From the NCBI GenBank assembly GCA_951406725.2, contig OX597837.1, positions 16,120,001-16,184,000 of the forward strand: a stretch of 64,000 nucleotides of DNA, given 5' to 3'. Below are positions 27,886 to 42,460 of the stretch, piece after piece. Numbering within the stretch: the stretch's first letter is position 1; every line of letters begins with the position of its first letter. Source of the DNA: Octopus vulgaris (taxonomy: Eukaryota). The notes beneath the pieces were generated by a model, which saw only the letters and a program-made list of their open reading frames with translations, ran no database searches and was not told where the DNA came from. A program made the translations under genes and the position numbers.

Positions 27886-28115
27886 ATATATATATATATA
27901 CACACACACACAATATATATATATATATACACACGCGCGCACACACACACGCACACACACACACACACGCACACACATATATTCACACACGCACACGTAC
28001 ACATGTATATGTACATATACACACATATATGCATAGATCTTATACACGTTTATATATGAATACAAGTATGCGCATGTGTATCAGTGTATATATGTGTATG
28101 TGTGTGTGCATCTCT

Positions 28116-28146
<31 letters not shown>

Positions 28147-29256
28147 GACAGTGAGACAGAGATGGGGAGGAGAAGGAAGAGGGAAGGAGGCGGGAAGAGG
28201 AGGAGGAGATGTACTTTGGTCAATTCTTCCAGTCTTTGCCTTCTCTCTGGGAGAATTCATTTTTATTTTCTGCTTTTCATCTTCTGGAATTATAAGATAG
28301 GGGCCTCATCCCCGTCTCCCTCTACACCCTAACTCCAATGGGTAATTTGAAGGTTAGTTAAGTTGGTAGGGGTTCTTGGGAGGAGACGAACTGGAAATAC
28401 ACATTTTTTTGTACGTGTTTTTTTTTTCATTATCATTATTGATTTATTATTTTTATTTTTTTAATGCTGAATGAGTGGGGACGAGGGTGGGGACGAGGGT
28501 GGGGGTCGCCTGGCGGGATGGCATCCCGTCTCTCACATTATTTTCACTGATAATCTCTTCATACTCACACCAGTTTACGACGACCACCACCACCACCACC
28601 ATCACCACTACTACCATCATCATCATCATCGTCATCACCATCATCATCATCATCATAGCCATCATCCCCCTCATCATAACTGTTACCATCATCACTGTCC
28701 TAATCATCATCATCATCATCACCACCACCACCATCATCCTTATTACCTCACCCCGCTCCCCACCCGCCATCAACACCAGCACTGTCAACATCATCATCGT
28801 AGTAACTACCACTACCACCACGTCCACCACCACCACCACCACCACCCTCATCGCCGCTACCGCAGTCTCCTTGCCACCCCCCCTCATGTTTACCACCTCG
28901 GCATCCCCCCCTCTGCGACCCCCCCCACCCTTCCCCTTCCTCCCACAACAGAAGTAACTGGTGTCAGTTTGTGGGAAGAGCTCGTGTCAGTCAGTATCTG
29001 TGGCCGAGATTTATGAGTCTGAAGCTATCATTAGGTGTCACCCGGCAGCTATTATTAATTATCATTAAGTGTCACTTCAACTCCGCACATCTTCGGCTAA
29101 CTCCGCTCTTCGCCGTCACTCAACCTTCCTCAAAAAATCTCCTCCCACAATTACCATTTCTTTTGGTTTTCCTTCTTGTTTTTTTTTTCTTCGTACGGGT
29201 GGGGGGCCAAGGTGGAGGTTACTTTCACCTTCAGCAGTGAAGAGGAGGGAAGACTT

Positions 29257-29620
29257 ATTTTCTTTTGCTTCAGTCACTGCGGCCATACTGGGGCATTGCC
29301 TTCAAGGGTTTAGTCGAACAAATCGACTCCTGCACTTATATTCTTTGAAATCTGGTATTTTTGCCGAGTCGCTAATTTACGGAGATGTAAACAAACAAAT
29401 ACCGGTTGCCAAGCGGTGGGAGTGGGCACAAGCAGAAACACATAGATATATGCATATATATTGATATACGACAGGCTTCTTTCAGTTTCCGTTGACCAAA
29501 TCCACTCAAAACTTTTATCGGTCCGAGGCTGTAGAAGAAGACATTTGCCCAAGGTGCTATGCAGTGGGACTGAACCCAAAACCATGTAGTTTGGAAACAA
29601 ACTACTTACCACACAGCTAC
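29257..29620 (-). mobile_element. SINE family 1 copy
   Basis: Colinear homology with 15170-15645. Confidence 0.8.
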
Positions 29621-30884
29621 CTCTCTGCTCATTTATCTTTTATTCATCTTTCCTTCATCTTTCCTTCAGTCTTTCTTTCTGATTTTCTTTCTTTAGTGAA
29701 TGATTTCTATGATCTGGGAAAGCTTCTACGTAGTCAGACGATCTGCTAGAAAAAGCAGCCATGAAGTTTCCCTTAAATTACACACCCTGCCATATAAGGC
29801 AAAAGTGCGGTGTATGAGGAGGACATGGCGAATAATGTAGTCCTAGACGCTTAATACCCCAGAGAAGGGTGAGATGTTCGAGGCTGGAACGGTCAAAACT
29901 GACCTTGGGCTAAGCAACAGCAGCAACAACAACAAAGACATCATTGAAAACCAATCAATGAGGGAGCCTTTACATGTCTGTTTGACTTGTTCGAAACAAC
30001 TGTAAAGAAATCTATTCTATGTCACACATTAGCAAGCAAAATAAAAAGCTATAGGTATGCTGGAAATATACCTTGGATTATTTAATGCGTAAGATAAATG
30101 TGGGATGGTCGTGGATGGAACGTATTTGATGATAGGTCTGTTCACTCAGAATTAACTTGGGACTAAAAAATACAACTTGGCAGTACATTACTCTCATCAC
30201 CATCACCGGCACCGCCTTAGCTTGTATGATAACTCACTGTAGTGTATATGAGGATCAGAAACTCAGAGTACCAAACTAATCTCACTCTTTGTTAGACAAA
30301 ACCCTGTTGTCCTGATCCTCATTCCTCCCATGCCGGCCACTCCTTTCCTTCTTTTTTACATTAATCTAAAAAGGGCGAATTAGCAAAGTCATTAGGGTGT
30401 CGAACAAGTTGGCTCCAGCTGTCAGAACGCTCCGTTCAAAACCACCAGGGGTCAACATTTCCTTTCGCGCTTTCCAGATTGGTAAAGTCACGTGGCCTAG
30501 TAGTCACGTGATCGCAAGACCATGGTTTCGATTCCCGACCGAACGGGGAGTTGTATTCTTGAACAAGACACCTCATTTCACTCTGCTCATTCGGCTGTAA
30601 ATGGGACAATGTTGCGATTTCGGTTACTTAGAAACCATTCAGAGAGAGTGGTCACGGCTGGCATGCCATTGATCATAAATACGTCTACTCGATCAAGACT
30701 GTCTTAAGTATAAGCAACCTAACTCTGTGAGTATATTTTCGTCGCTGCGCAGCCGTTGGCGGTGTTCTTTAGCCCTAGGCCAGTTCTGAACCAGCAAACC
30801 TATGATCAAACACCTGTATTTTCTGGTTTTTGTTTTTAAAAGACATCCATAGAAAATGACGTCATCCAATGAGCCATGTAACGG

Positions 30885-31385
30885 TAGCAGCAGCAGCAGT
30901 AGTAGTAGCAGTAGTAATAGTGGTGGTGGTGGTAACAGTAGTAACGGTGGTGGCGGTAGTGGTGGTGGTGGTGGTGGTGGTGGCGATAGTAGTAGCAGTA
31001 GCAGCAGCAATAGTAGTAGCAGTAGTAGTTGTAGTAGTAGTAGTAGTAATAGTAGTGGTAATGGTGGTCATCGTCGTTGTAGAGGTAGTGGCAGTGGTGG
31101 TGATAATGACTGTGGTGGTGGTGGTAGTAGTTACAGAAGTAGTGGTGATGGCGATGGTGATGGTGGTATTAGTAGTATAGTAGTATTAGCAGCAGTAGCA
31201 GTAGTAGTCGTAGTGGTAGTAGTAGTAGCAGTAGCAGCAGCAGTTGTAGTAGTTGTAATAGTAGTTGTACTAGTAGTAGTGGTAGTAGTAGTAATATTAT
31301 TATTATTAGTAGTAGTAGTAGTTGTAGTAGTAGTAGTAGTGGTAGTAGTAGTAGTAGTAATACTAGTAGTAGTAGTAGTAGTAGT

Positions 31386-31420
<35 letters not shown>

Positions 31421-31470
31421 TAGTAGTAATAGTAGTAGTAGTAGTAGTAGTAGTTGTAGTTGCTGTTGTA
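30885..31470. repeat. Compound (GTA)/(GTG)/(GCA) trinucleotide low-complexity tract
   Basis: Direct reading. Confidence 0.9.
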
Positions 31471-31527
31471 GTGCTTAAGCCTGTTCGACTTGGAAACTAA
31501 TCGACCGAATAACAATTTGGTTTGATC

Positions 31528-31715
31528 TGGGTGTTATCTGTGGGTGTGGCCTCTGGGCGTGGTCTTTGGGCGTGATCTGTGGGTGTAGTCTCTGGGTGTG
31601 CTCTCTGGGCATGGTCTATGGGTGTAGTTCAGTGAGTGTGGCCTGTGTTTATGGTCTATAGATGTGATTTGTGGGTGCGATCGGTGGGCGTGGTCTATGG
31701 GTGTGGCCTGTGGGT
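31528..31715 (+). repeat. Degenerate 13-bp minisatellite, consensus TGGGYGTGGTCTN, ~14 units
   Basis: tgggtgtggcctc tgggcgtggtctt tgggcgtgatctg tgggtgtagtctc ... Confidence 0.8.
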
Positions 31716-31951
31716 AAGGCGTGATGCTACTGTTTTATATTCTATGCAATTTATATGTACATTTTCCTAGAGAGATTGAGGATGGATCTAATGAATGATC
31801 GGTCCTCTATTGAGGCGGTTTCTCCTCATCAAATCTGGTTCCTATGACTACAGTTGAAATAGTAAACGTTTTGGGTTTAAACTACTTCGCTCAGTCCTTC
31901 TCCTTAGAATATCAACCCACTGGAATTCCTTTCCCGCCGACGTGATTGCTG

Positions 31952-31996
<45 letters not shown>

Positions 31997-32030
31997 TGCA
32001 TATATATGTGTGTGCATACATATCTATCTA

Positions 32031-32078
<48 letters not shown>

Positions 32079-32359
32079 AATATACATATGTATGTATATA
32101 TATATCATATGATCGTGTTTTACATCGCTGGTCACAATGCACTTTCAATCGTTTTAACTTTTGAATGATACTACCCCGCTGATCGGAAGGCTAGTCGATC
32201 GCGGGGGTGGTCCATTAACAGCTGAGCAGACTGGAGTAACGTGAAATGAAGTGTTTTGTTCAAGAACGCAACGTGCCGCTCCGGTCGGGGAATCGGACTC
32301 ACGAACTACCGATCGTGAGTGTAACACATTAGCCACTCGGCCACGCACCTTCACACACA

Positions 32360-32395
<36 letters not shown>

Positions 32396-34774
32396 CAGGT
32401 GCGTCGGATATGAAGATGTTGTGGTGCTTAATCTGTCGCGTTTCTTTAAGGCTAAGTTGGCCATTCGATAGAGAACGATGAATTAAGCAGCAGATAAAGA
32501 ACTGCGGTCGATACTAAGGACTAGAATCTTTGGAAAGGTTGTACCTAACATAGTTGCAGTCCTTAAAAAATACCATAATACTATGTTCTGGTGATTTAAA
32601 AGCCGCAATAAAGCTGTGTTCTGCTATGGAAAGCCTAAAAAAACAAGTCCTAGTTAGGAGAGGTATTCTGCTGTGTGTGACACAATGAGTGTGACTCGTT
32701 TTATACAATTCCTTTGTCACGTCCTCTCTCAAACAATCCCAAGGTATATTAACACCAGTAGTTCTCAGAGAGATGGCAGGGCCCTTGAGGGAATCCGGGA
32801 GGATTGAAAAGAAGGCCTACAAATTGTTATGTGAAATCTAGTTTATGTCGGACAAAATGCTTAGCTGTGTTTCTTCCGGCTCTTTAGTTTCTTACGTCAC
32901 CTTTTCATTTCGTCCCTTCCGATTGACTGGTACTAGGAATGATGCAATCAACTGTTCCCTTCTCGTCGATACTGACCCCTGCAACGAACCGGCGTCTCGT
33001 TTAGGGAGAACGTGGTGAACTCGGTCACCTATACACAATGGAAGCCAGGTAACCGGGCTTGTGAATCCTAGGGCTCATGGAAAAGCCCGTTTTGTCTTTT
33101 CGTTAATAAAGAGGAGGTGGAATCTTACAAATTTCTTTGAGGCTGGTATTTATCATTTTGTAAATCACTCTTTTGCTTGACAAACCTTGGATTCGTGTTG
33201 TACTCTGTGTGATTTCTGTCTCAATACTGGTATCACATGATGTAATCTTCGATAAACCCGGGATGTAGATCTTTTAGATAGATTCAGGGCCTATGAGAGT
33301 GGCTTTCGGTCGGTCCAGAGCCAGGAGATCCAAGGAATGGCGAGTAAATTCCTACCGGGGGGAGGAGGCCCCGTTCCGCCTTCCAAAATTTCTCTCCAAG
33401 GCTCGGGATGTTCGTAACCATGTTTTAACCAATGTCGCTTATCTCTCAATATTGGTGAACCCCAGATATTTTTTACTCCTTTTGTCTTTTACTGGTTTCA
33501 GTTATTGGACTGCGGCCATGTTAGTGCACTGCATTGAACGATTTTACCAGAACAAATCGACAAAGGAATAATTTTTGAATGTCTACTACTTCTATCGGTT
33601 TCTTTTACTGAACCACTAAGTTTTGGGACTTAAACAGACCAACACCGGCTGTCACACACGCAGACACACACACACACACACACACACATACACACGCACA
33701 TGTATATATATTTATACATAGTAGGCTTCCATACGGTTTCTGTCAACAATATTCACTCACAAATCCTTAATCGATCCGGGACTAAAGTAGAAGACACTTG
33801 CCAAGGTGTCTCACAGTGGGACTTAACTCCAAAAACACGCGGTTGCAAGGGGACCTTTCTTAACTACACATGCGGAGATTACATAATAATCTCTGATAAT
33901 CCAGGCACAAAAACAACAACAACAACAACAACAACAACAGCAATAACAACAACAAACAGATGTATTTTTCGTTGTTCCCAATTCTCAAGTGCATTGTTGA
34001 TATAAAACTTGTAAATCTAAAATGGATAGAATTCTCACAGAAATGGCATTTGCAACAGGAAACCGTCGAAAGCTAAGGTTATCGTGGTCGACAATGTTAA
34101 CCCTGTCTGCGCAATATTACAGATTATAAGTATTTTGCCCTTCACTGCAGGCATTCATGCAATCGACCGGAAGTCTTTTTGCTATCCAACGGAAGTAATT
34201 TTATGTAACACATTTGAATGAAAAAAATTACTTGAAATGATATTTTATAATTTAGTGTAAATTGTTATTGTTTGGCGCCCTACCCAGTCCCCAGGTTGAC
34301 ACTGGTTGAGAGGACCAACGATCAAATGCGGTCAAGTCCAGGTTTGCTTTTTAGGAATTTTTCTTTCTTATTTTTTTTTTTTTATCTAGAGCTGTAATGC
34401 AGCCCTACAGAAATAGTAGGAGTCATGTGGACTCAGAATTAATAGGAGTCAGGTCATGATTCAGCGGAAATTATGGAAACCAATATATGTCCGATTGAAA
34501 TATTATTGGAAAATATAAATTTTATGTCTTACATATGTGTGTACGTGTGTGCGTGCGCGCGCGTATGTATTTGTGTATATATGCTTATCTTAACTTATAT
34601 AATTAATAGATATAGAAAAATACGTGTTTTAACAATAAATGATCGAATAAAATTTAACAAAATTACTTAAAATAAATCATAACTTATCTTATCGAAGAAT
34701 TTCTGTTAACTAAAATTTTAAGCGTAAAACGTAGAACCCTATTTTATGTTACTAATTCCTTTATATATGTATAT

Positions 34775-34925
<151 letters not shown>

Positions 34926-35352
34926 CATATATATATTGATATATATATATATATATATATATATACACGCACACGTTGGTAACGTAGTAGAAGAATAAGT
35001 ATTCAATACAGGAATAGTGGATTGCTAGTATTGTTTTTTTAATAGAATTTATGTGTTCACTTTCTGGGACCCAAGGTTTCATGTTGACAAAAATTAGCAA
35101 TTTTTGCAATCTTATATCTCCATGTATGAAAAGCTAACTGCACTGATGACGTTACGCCTGAAGTTATCTGAGATCTCAAATGAAATCCTCTCTGACTGTA
35201 ATGGCGGAGTATGATTTGTTATTTTAAGTTTAGTTGAAAAATTGTTTTCTTTTCACAAACAAGAAACTTTGCGTTCCAGAAAGTTAACAAAAATTCTATT
35301 TTAAATGTGTGTGTGTGAGACCGTTTGAGAGAGCCTGCGTGTGTGTATTATA

Positions 35353-35432
<80 letters not shown>

Positions 35433-35435
35433 TTA

Positions 35436-35517
<82 letters not shown>

Positions 35518-35878
35518 TATATGTACACATACGTGCATATATATATATATCATGAAGACATTTAGAAGACATTTCTAAGTTTAACTTCTGTCATCTCATC
35601 AGCCATTGAATTGGAGCAGAAAAAGCCCCAAATTCAGTTTTTCCCTCTCTTGGCTGCACACACAGCCATCACCCCCCCCCCACACACACACACAACACAC
35701 ACACAAACACTCATAGATACACACACACACACACACACACACACAAATATACGTAGGCACGACGTTAGTGTTGAAGTCGTGGTTCTCCACCACCAAAGAA
35801 GAGATGATGAAACTTTCACATTCGAAACAGTTGTTCCACCACGTCAGTCGTCGCTCCGACAAGAAACCTGTCTGCTGC

Positions 35879-35912
<34 letters not shown>

Positions 35913-36286
35913 GCTGCTACTGCTGCTGCTGCTGCTGCCACCACGTAATTCTTTATCGCTTTCTTTCTTTCTCTTTGTACTTGTTTTCTTTTTCCTTTTC
36001 TTTCTCGTTTTCTATTTCTGTTGTTGATGTTAGAGTTTTACTAGTTTCCGTTCCTCTTAATTTTTCTTCATTTTTCTCACTTTCCCTTCCTGTGTCTCTT
36101 TTTTTTTTATCATTATTTGTTTTTTCTTTCTTTTCTTTCTCTCTTTCTCTCTCTTTCCTTTTTTTCTTCTGAATTGTCTCCCATAAACGTGTCTTCCTTA
36201 CAGTCTCCCTAACGTGTAGCCAAATCATGTCATTTTGAAACCCAACACTACTAAACCCCTTCGTTCACTGACGGAAATCTGTTACT

Positions 36287-36319
<33 letters not shown>

Positions 36320-36439
36320 TTGCTGCTGCTGTTGCTGCTGCTGTTGCTGCTGCTGTTGCTGCTGCTGCAACTGCTGTTACTATTGTTGTTGGTGTTGATG
36401 TTGATGTTCTTTAGCCACATGTCAGTCCTAAATTGTCAG

Positions 36440-37140
36440 ACCAAAAGTATTTCAGTCCTGACTCCCTTTCTGTTTTTCTTCGTGAAATCATCCTGTGCGT
36501 GTCTCTCCTTTCTTTTAAGACAGTTGACACATGTGGCTGCTAACTGGAGTATGTTGATGGTCCACGTAGAAGTTTCCATCCTTGGTTTTACTCCTTCCTT
36601 AGTTGTCAAAGTGATATTTTGCATCCAAGAGAGATCGGGTTTCAGGAACGTACAGTTTCCTTTTTGTTTTTCTTGGAGGCAAAAGAATGGGAGCGGGGGT
36701 GGAGTCACGTGATATTGCTAATTCTTTTTCAGGACAGCTAGTCTGCAACTGGTTCCCGATTCTCATTCGTAACTCCAAAACCTGTCTGCGTATAGTAGTA
36801 CGTCACTTTTGCAGGTTATTTAAACCAAGTTGAAAGTAGCCAAAGTACGTTAAACCCTTGATGAAATTCTTGAAGGTTTCGTGACCCTCTGCATTTGAAA
36901 ACTGGATTTCCATCGGACCCAGCCATTCAACCATCGTTGGTCATATTTGAACCGGAAGAAAGATGGCATCCAGCAACGTAACTGTGTGCCTCGTGCTTCA
37001 GAGCATGTTGATGTCCAGAGACGTATATCGTAGTATCACACTGCATCTCTGGTATACCTCTTGTAGTCCTTGCCTCATCTCACCTGGCTCAAGAGACAGC
37101 TCAAGAGAACGAAGCTGGCTGCGTGGTTCTGTCCGCCATC
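36440..37140 (-). mobile_element. Highly degraded RTE-like LINE remnant
   Basis: NGWVRWKSSF and KSDVLLYADRFWS loosely match the RTE motif VLLYGCETW; many stops. Confidence 0.35.
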
Positions 37141-37849
37141 ACTATAAGCTAAGTCCAGGACAACCAAGACCAGAAATGCTTGAAACAGTAAAAATATAAG
37201 AAAATAAAAGAAAAGAATGGAGCTCTTTCCGTTGCAAAGATTAAAGTATCAGATATGTCTGCGACAATAAATAGCGCCACTTTTGTAGATTCTTTGGTCT
37301 TGAACCAACAGACGAAAGGAATCAAAGTTTTCCGGTTGCCTGTTCGGCTGCATTCTCCTCAGTTGAGGATTTCCTTTAAGAAGCGCTGTTGGTATTTAAA
37401 AGGTGGTGTCTCAGTCCTCTTCGTAAACGGACGCGGAACAAAAGAAGGCTTTTGTACCCGTTTCAAGGTACAGATTCTATCATTTAGCAAGACGGTTTAA
37501 GGAAGATAATCCAGAAAGGGTTTCATTGGAAACTGGAGCGCCTTCGATTATTGGTCTGTTGAGTGAGTGAGGGTTGACGTAACACTTAGCAACATACTTG
37601 AGTTTCAAACACTAAATAATTGCACTGGAAAAGCATCTTTTCTAATCCTTCTTCCTCAGAATTATCTTTCCTTCTTTTTTTTTGTCTGTTTTTATTATAA
37701 GTATTTTTTTTATAATGAATGTTTTTTTTTTCCTTTTTCCTTGAAACCACTTCGTTTTAATGTTTCATTTTTACTTGTTGCATTTTTATCGTATAATCAC
37801 CAGCTGTCTTTGAAAGAATCGAGTCAAAAATATTGGCATCCTTTTATCT

Positions 37850-38175
37850 AATACTGGCACTCCGTCGGTTACGACGACGAAGGTTTCAGTTGATCAGATC
37901 AACAGAACAGTCTACTCAAGAAATTGACATGAAAGTGGCTGATCACACCACAAACACGCGTTCCTTTAACATAGTTTTCTGGGAGATTCAGCGTAACAAA
38001 GCTGAATGTGACAAAGCTGTCCCTTTGAATTACAGGTACACTATATTTTTGGAAGCTGAGTGGACTGGAGTAAAATGAAATAAAGTGTCTTGCTCAAGGG
38101 TGCAACGTACCGCCGGGAATTGAACTCACGACCTTCTGATCGTGAGTCGAGTATCCCTAATTACTAAGCCGCTCG
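37850..38175 (-). mobile_element. SINE family 2, near full length
   Basis: Colinear with 13720-13965 and 10630-10840. Confidence 0.8.
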
Positions 38176-38184
38176 CAGCTCAAA

Positions 38185-38475
38185 ATATGTCATAACCTCT
38201 TTTATCATCTCGATAGCTAAATAGGTATCGCAAAAAAAAAATCATTAAACTTGTCTACATATAAACACTTCCCCAGGGACCATATATATCAAAATATATT
38301 TATCAGAAATTCTATCATTATCCAACAATAACCAGTTTTTCAGAATTTCTATCAAACATTATCAAGAAAACTTATGCCTCAAACCAGTGCAAGCCGCACG
38401 TGTTTGCAGAACTGTGTTAATTCCGTATGTTCTTTAAATGGTAAATGTCACGCGTGTTCCGTTGTATAATGTGCA
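38185..38475 (+). mobile_element. Penelope-like ORF fragment (RT-to-GIY-YIG linker)
   Basis: KHFPRDHIYQNIFIRNSI and NCVNSVCSLNGKCHACSVV resemble the PLE motifs DKHFP..HKIFNRNTVK and CNC...CPLNGKCL..VVY. Confidence 0.6.
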
Positions 38476-39059
38476 AAAAAGACAAAATTGAAGACAGAAA
38501 TCGAAGGCGAAAAACCAAAAAGTTAAAAGAAAGAATAAAGAAGAAAAGGAAATGTGTTAAAGAAAGAAAAATGGAAACGAGAGAAAATAGAAAAACAAAG
38601 AAAGGAATAAAAAAGCGATTGACATGTGTCAGCAAAAGTTACATTATAACGTTTGCTTCTATTTCAATATAGCAAAACTGGTAGCAAGCAAATAAAGAAA
38701 GTGGAATATATTTGAGACGGAAGGGTAAAAATGAACGAATCAAAGTTTAGAAGGGAGGAGGAGGAGGAGGAGTTGAACAGTAAGATTATGTAAAATATAG
38801 GGAAACGAGAAATAAATAGGTGCAGTGTACTTCTATGTTTATACACAAGATTTGAAAATAGGAAGGAAAGAGAGAGGAACAAAAACGGAAAGAAAGAAAA
38901 CTAACGGAGGAATAGAGAAATACAAAAACAAAAAATAACTCAGCAGTACTTACATAATATAATATAATATAATATAATATAATATAATATAATATAATAT
39001 AATATAATATAATATATAAAGTTCAATGTACAAAATAACCTCATGTTATTTTTTTTTTT

Positions 39060-39430
39060 TTAATATTGGGAAAATTTCATTTTAACAATTTGCTTAGAAT
39101 TGTCAGACGATATGGATTTGATAACATCTAGTTTACTGAAAGACTTCGACACTTGTTAGAAAGGGATACAGTAAAATATTCAAAGAACTTCCAAAAGTGT
39201 TCAAATAATTTCAAATATATTCGAACTATGAACAAACAATATATTGAGATTATATAAAATTCTGAAAGGTATTTATTTTCATGCCGACATTTCGAAATGA
39301 GCTCATTATTAGGATTTAATAAATTGAAAGAAAAAAGACAAGGCACACACTATATTCAAGGTGTATCATATGAATCAAATTCATGTCAACTAAAGCAGAA
39401 GTGAGCTGAGACGATAAAATACAAACGCAT
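39060..39430 (-). mobile_element. Penelope-like ORF C-terminus and 3' region
   Basis: NLLNPNNELISKCRHENKY matches the PLE terminal motif LLNKRSELISKCRHENK. It is followed on minus by a decayed CTGACAA...GAAA hammerhead-like core. Confidence 0.7.
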
Positions 39431-39799
39431 TGCAACAGACTTAGCAAGGATGTGTGGTTAAGAAGCCTCTTTGCAATTACTGGTTTCGAATTCATTTCCA
39501 CTGTGCAGAAGCCTGTCATATATATATATATATATATATATATGGCAGGGTGTGTATGTGTGTGCGTTTTTGTTTTTTTGTCAGCTGTGTGGACTGGTGC
39601 AACGTGAAATAAAGTGTATTGCTCAAAAACAAAATGCACCGTCGGGTCTCGAACTCTCGATCGTGAACCGTATACGCTAACCATTGATCCACGCGCATTC
39701 ATCTAACGGTCAAAATACAAAGTCCCAAGGTATTCTTTCTACAAACTGTTTTGAGCCTTCAACTATTATCGTTAGGCAACAACACAAATACAACACTTC

Positions 39800-40690
39800 G
39801 TATTGAAATGGGGTGATGAAAGACACCCAGGTACTTATATCCTTCCTCTCCGATTTCCTTTATAGTTTCACCACTTTCCAGCTTGATCCCATGGCTTTTA
39901 CCGATTTCCCCCTATTTGAGAATCATTACACCGCATTTCTCAATCCCAAATTCCAGGCCAATATCTTTGCTAATCGTCTGCACAGTTGCCGTCAAACTCT
40001 CACTTTTCTTTCTCGGTCTTTGCGAATAACTCTAGGTCATCCATAAACCACAAGTTGTTAACTTTCACCCTGCCTAGCATCGACTCCACACGCGTATTTC
40101 TTAAAACGCTCGTTAGTGGCAGACAACAAATAGGAAAGGCGACAGACTGCTGTCCCCTTGAAAGATTCCTCTTTTGATATTTACCTCTCCCAGCTTATTC
40201 CATCATGTTGTGAGTTCAGTTCGCCATGTTGTCATTGAGTTTTGTATCAACTTCAGAATATTGTGAGAAACCTTAATCAGTTCGAGGCATTCAATAATCC
40301 ACGAATGTTGGACCATGGCTTTCCTGTAGTCCACCCATGCCATCGCCAAGTATTTATGTCTCTTCTTGCAATCAGCCAGGATAGTCTTATCGATTAGTAA
40401 TTGATCCTTCGTTCGTCTGCTCTCACGTCTACATCCTCTTCGTTCCACTGGTAGCAGGTCGTGCTCATCTAGATTCTTACAGATGCTGTTTGATATGATT
40501 CCTGTCATCAGTTTCCACATCAATGACAAACAAGATATTGGTCGGAAGTTTACAACCGCGTTCCCTTTACTTGGGTCCTTCTGGCATAGGACCGTTCTTC
40601 CTTTTGTCATCCAGGCCAGTACTTGGATGTCACTACTCAGTATTTCGTTCATCTGTCTTGCACGTCTCCCGTGCAGAGCTGTCAAGTTTT
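39800..40690 (-). mobile_element. R4/Dong-clade non-LTR retrotransposon, reverse transcriptase fragment
   Basis: [64 protein letters not shown]; downstream GIFQGDS.LSP and EEGYKYLGV in other frames. Confidence 0.9.
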
Positions 40691-41082
40691 TAAGTCAATT
40701 ACTACCACCATCATCACCACCATCATAAGCATCATTGTGTATGGGACAACATTAGCATATCATATTGGAAATATGGCGTCCTATGACTTTAAAGTAGCGA
40801 TTAACTATTTCTTTTAATGATGTCTCTTGTTTCGTTATTTGTTCTCTGAGTTTAGCTTGGTGACAATAACGGTCTGGAATCAATTCCTGTTTCAGAACCT
40901 GATGTAGAAGATAGTGACACATGGCTGCCGCGATTTCTATAAGACAGCAATTGAATCTTGGGAAAGGTGTTATGTTTCATAAAGTCATCATCGCTGGATT
41001 TGAAAGTTTAAAATGTTTAAATTACAAAAACAGGTTGTTTTCATAGTGTAATTCACATTTGCTGTCGCTCTGTGCCAATTGA

Positions 41083-41127
<45 letters not shown>

Positions 41128-41128
41128 T

Positions 41129-41175
<47 letters not shown>

Positions 41176-41284
41176 CACGTACGTACATACGTATATATAC
41201 ATATACATATATATGCATATATGATTCACACATACATGCATATATGCATGTGTGTGTGTGTGTATACATATGGATGTATGCATG

Positions 41285-41340
<56 letters not shown>

Positions 41341-41347
<7 letters not shown>

Positions 41348-42050
41348 CTATAATAATAAACGCGAAATTCTGTCTGTTCGTCCGGGACCCTTGTATCTCA
41401 GTCTACATATGCTCTTTATAAACATATTCTACCTTTTGGGAATCAGGATGATCCCGGGATTGAAAGTCTGCCCTTCATTTGGTTCTTGAACGTCCAGCTT
41501 TGGGATCAGGTGTGGATGAGAATTTGTTAAATGCTAACAGTTGAAAATTCAAATTTTGAAAGAACTCCCAAAATTTGTGAACTTACAAGTTTTCATTTAA
41601 ACTGAATTTAAAGAAATCCTCAAACTTTGTGAATTCAAAAAATATTTTCACTTCAGTTATTATAATTTAAAACGAGAACCAAGTTAGAATGAGAGGTTTC
41701 GTGTTCGTGAGGTTCTGAAGTTCCGCAGAATTTGTGAATTGAAGCAGTCGGAAGGAAATATTGAAGAACTCGAACTTTCGGCCCAAATTGGACTTCCGCC
41801 CATATCGGACTTCCATCCATATCGGACTGGAAGATTTACGGCTCAGCTTCCGGATCTGGGAAATGGAATCATCCAGCAAGACAGTAATGGAGACATCTGT
41901 TTCCCAAATGGCATTTTGGTCAAAACTGTAGAAGAGTTGATTACCAAGATTTACCCCAAAATTGTCTTTGAGAAAGAATCATTGTTGCACCAGAGATTCT
42001 TAACTCTTTGGATCCTCCTGGAATGCCTTCTCACAAACTGGAGTGAATAC
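41341..42050 (+). mobile_element. Internally deleted Helitron fragment (PIF1-like helicase pieces)
   Basis: FTAQLPDLGNG..EELITKIYP and, in another frame, NSLDPPGMPSHKL match Helitron helicase motifs; Helitron-like 5' end actataataataaacgcgaaattctgtctgt. Confidence 0.75.
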
Positions 42051-42280
42051 GGAAGAGGTATGCAATGATATACGTATGGAAGATCCTGGAGAGGCTGGCA
42101 CCTAACTTTGGCATCAGGAGCTATTGTCGAAACATCTGAGGCGTCTTCATAGAATAGGGATAAATGTTTCCAATAAACAGCTTGACCTCCTGTTGTTCAA
42201 AGTCCCTGATGAGCTTATATCACGGCAAGAAACTCAAAAGAGGGCAGCTGTCTCGAACTCCCATCTTCACCAAAAGCCAA
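42045..42280 (+). mobile_element. CR1-like LINE 3' end
   Basis: RYAMIYVWKILERLAPNFGI..LDLLLFKVPDE..RAAVSNS. Confidence 0.7.
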
Positions 42281-42403
42281 TCGCATAAGAATGGCCACTG
42301 AAAAGGTGATTACTCTGGTGGTGTTCCAGCTGAGCCACAGCCTTTAGGCTGCAATGTGTAAAAGGAATAAAAGAAATATATACATATTTACACATGCATA
42401 CAA

Positions 42404-42460
<57 letters not shown>

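Noticed and set aside
35140-35210. CTGATGA...GAAA hammerhead candidate
   Set aside because: Stems I and III cannot be paired convincingly; at best a decayed copy.
36436-36708. Minus ORF with CVNC and a basic tail as the NTR exon
   Set aside because: It lacks the NTR Cys pattern and hallmark motifs, and the context looks like LINE decay.
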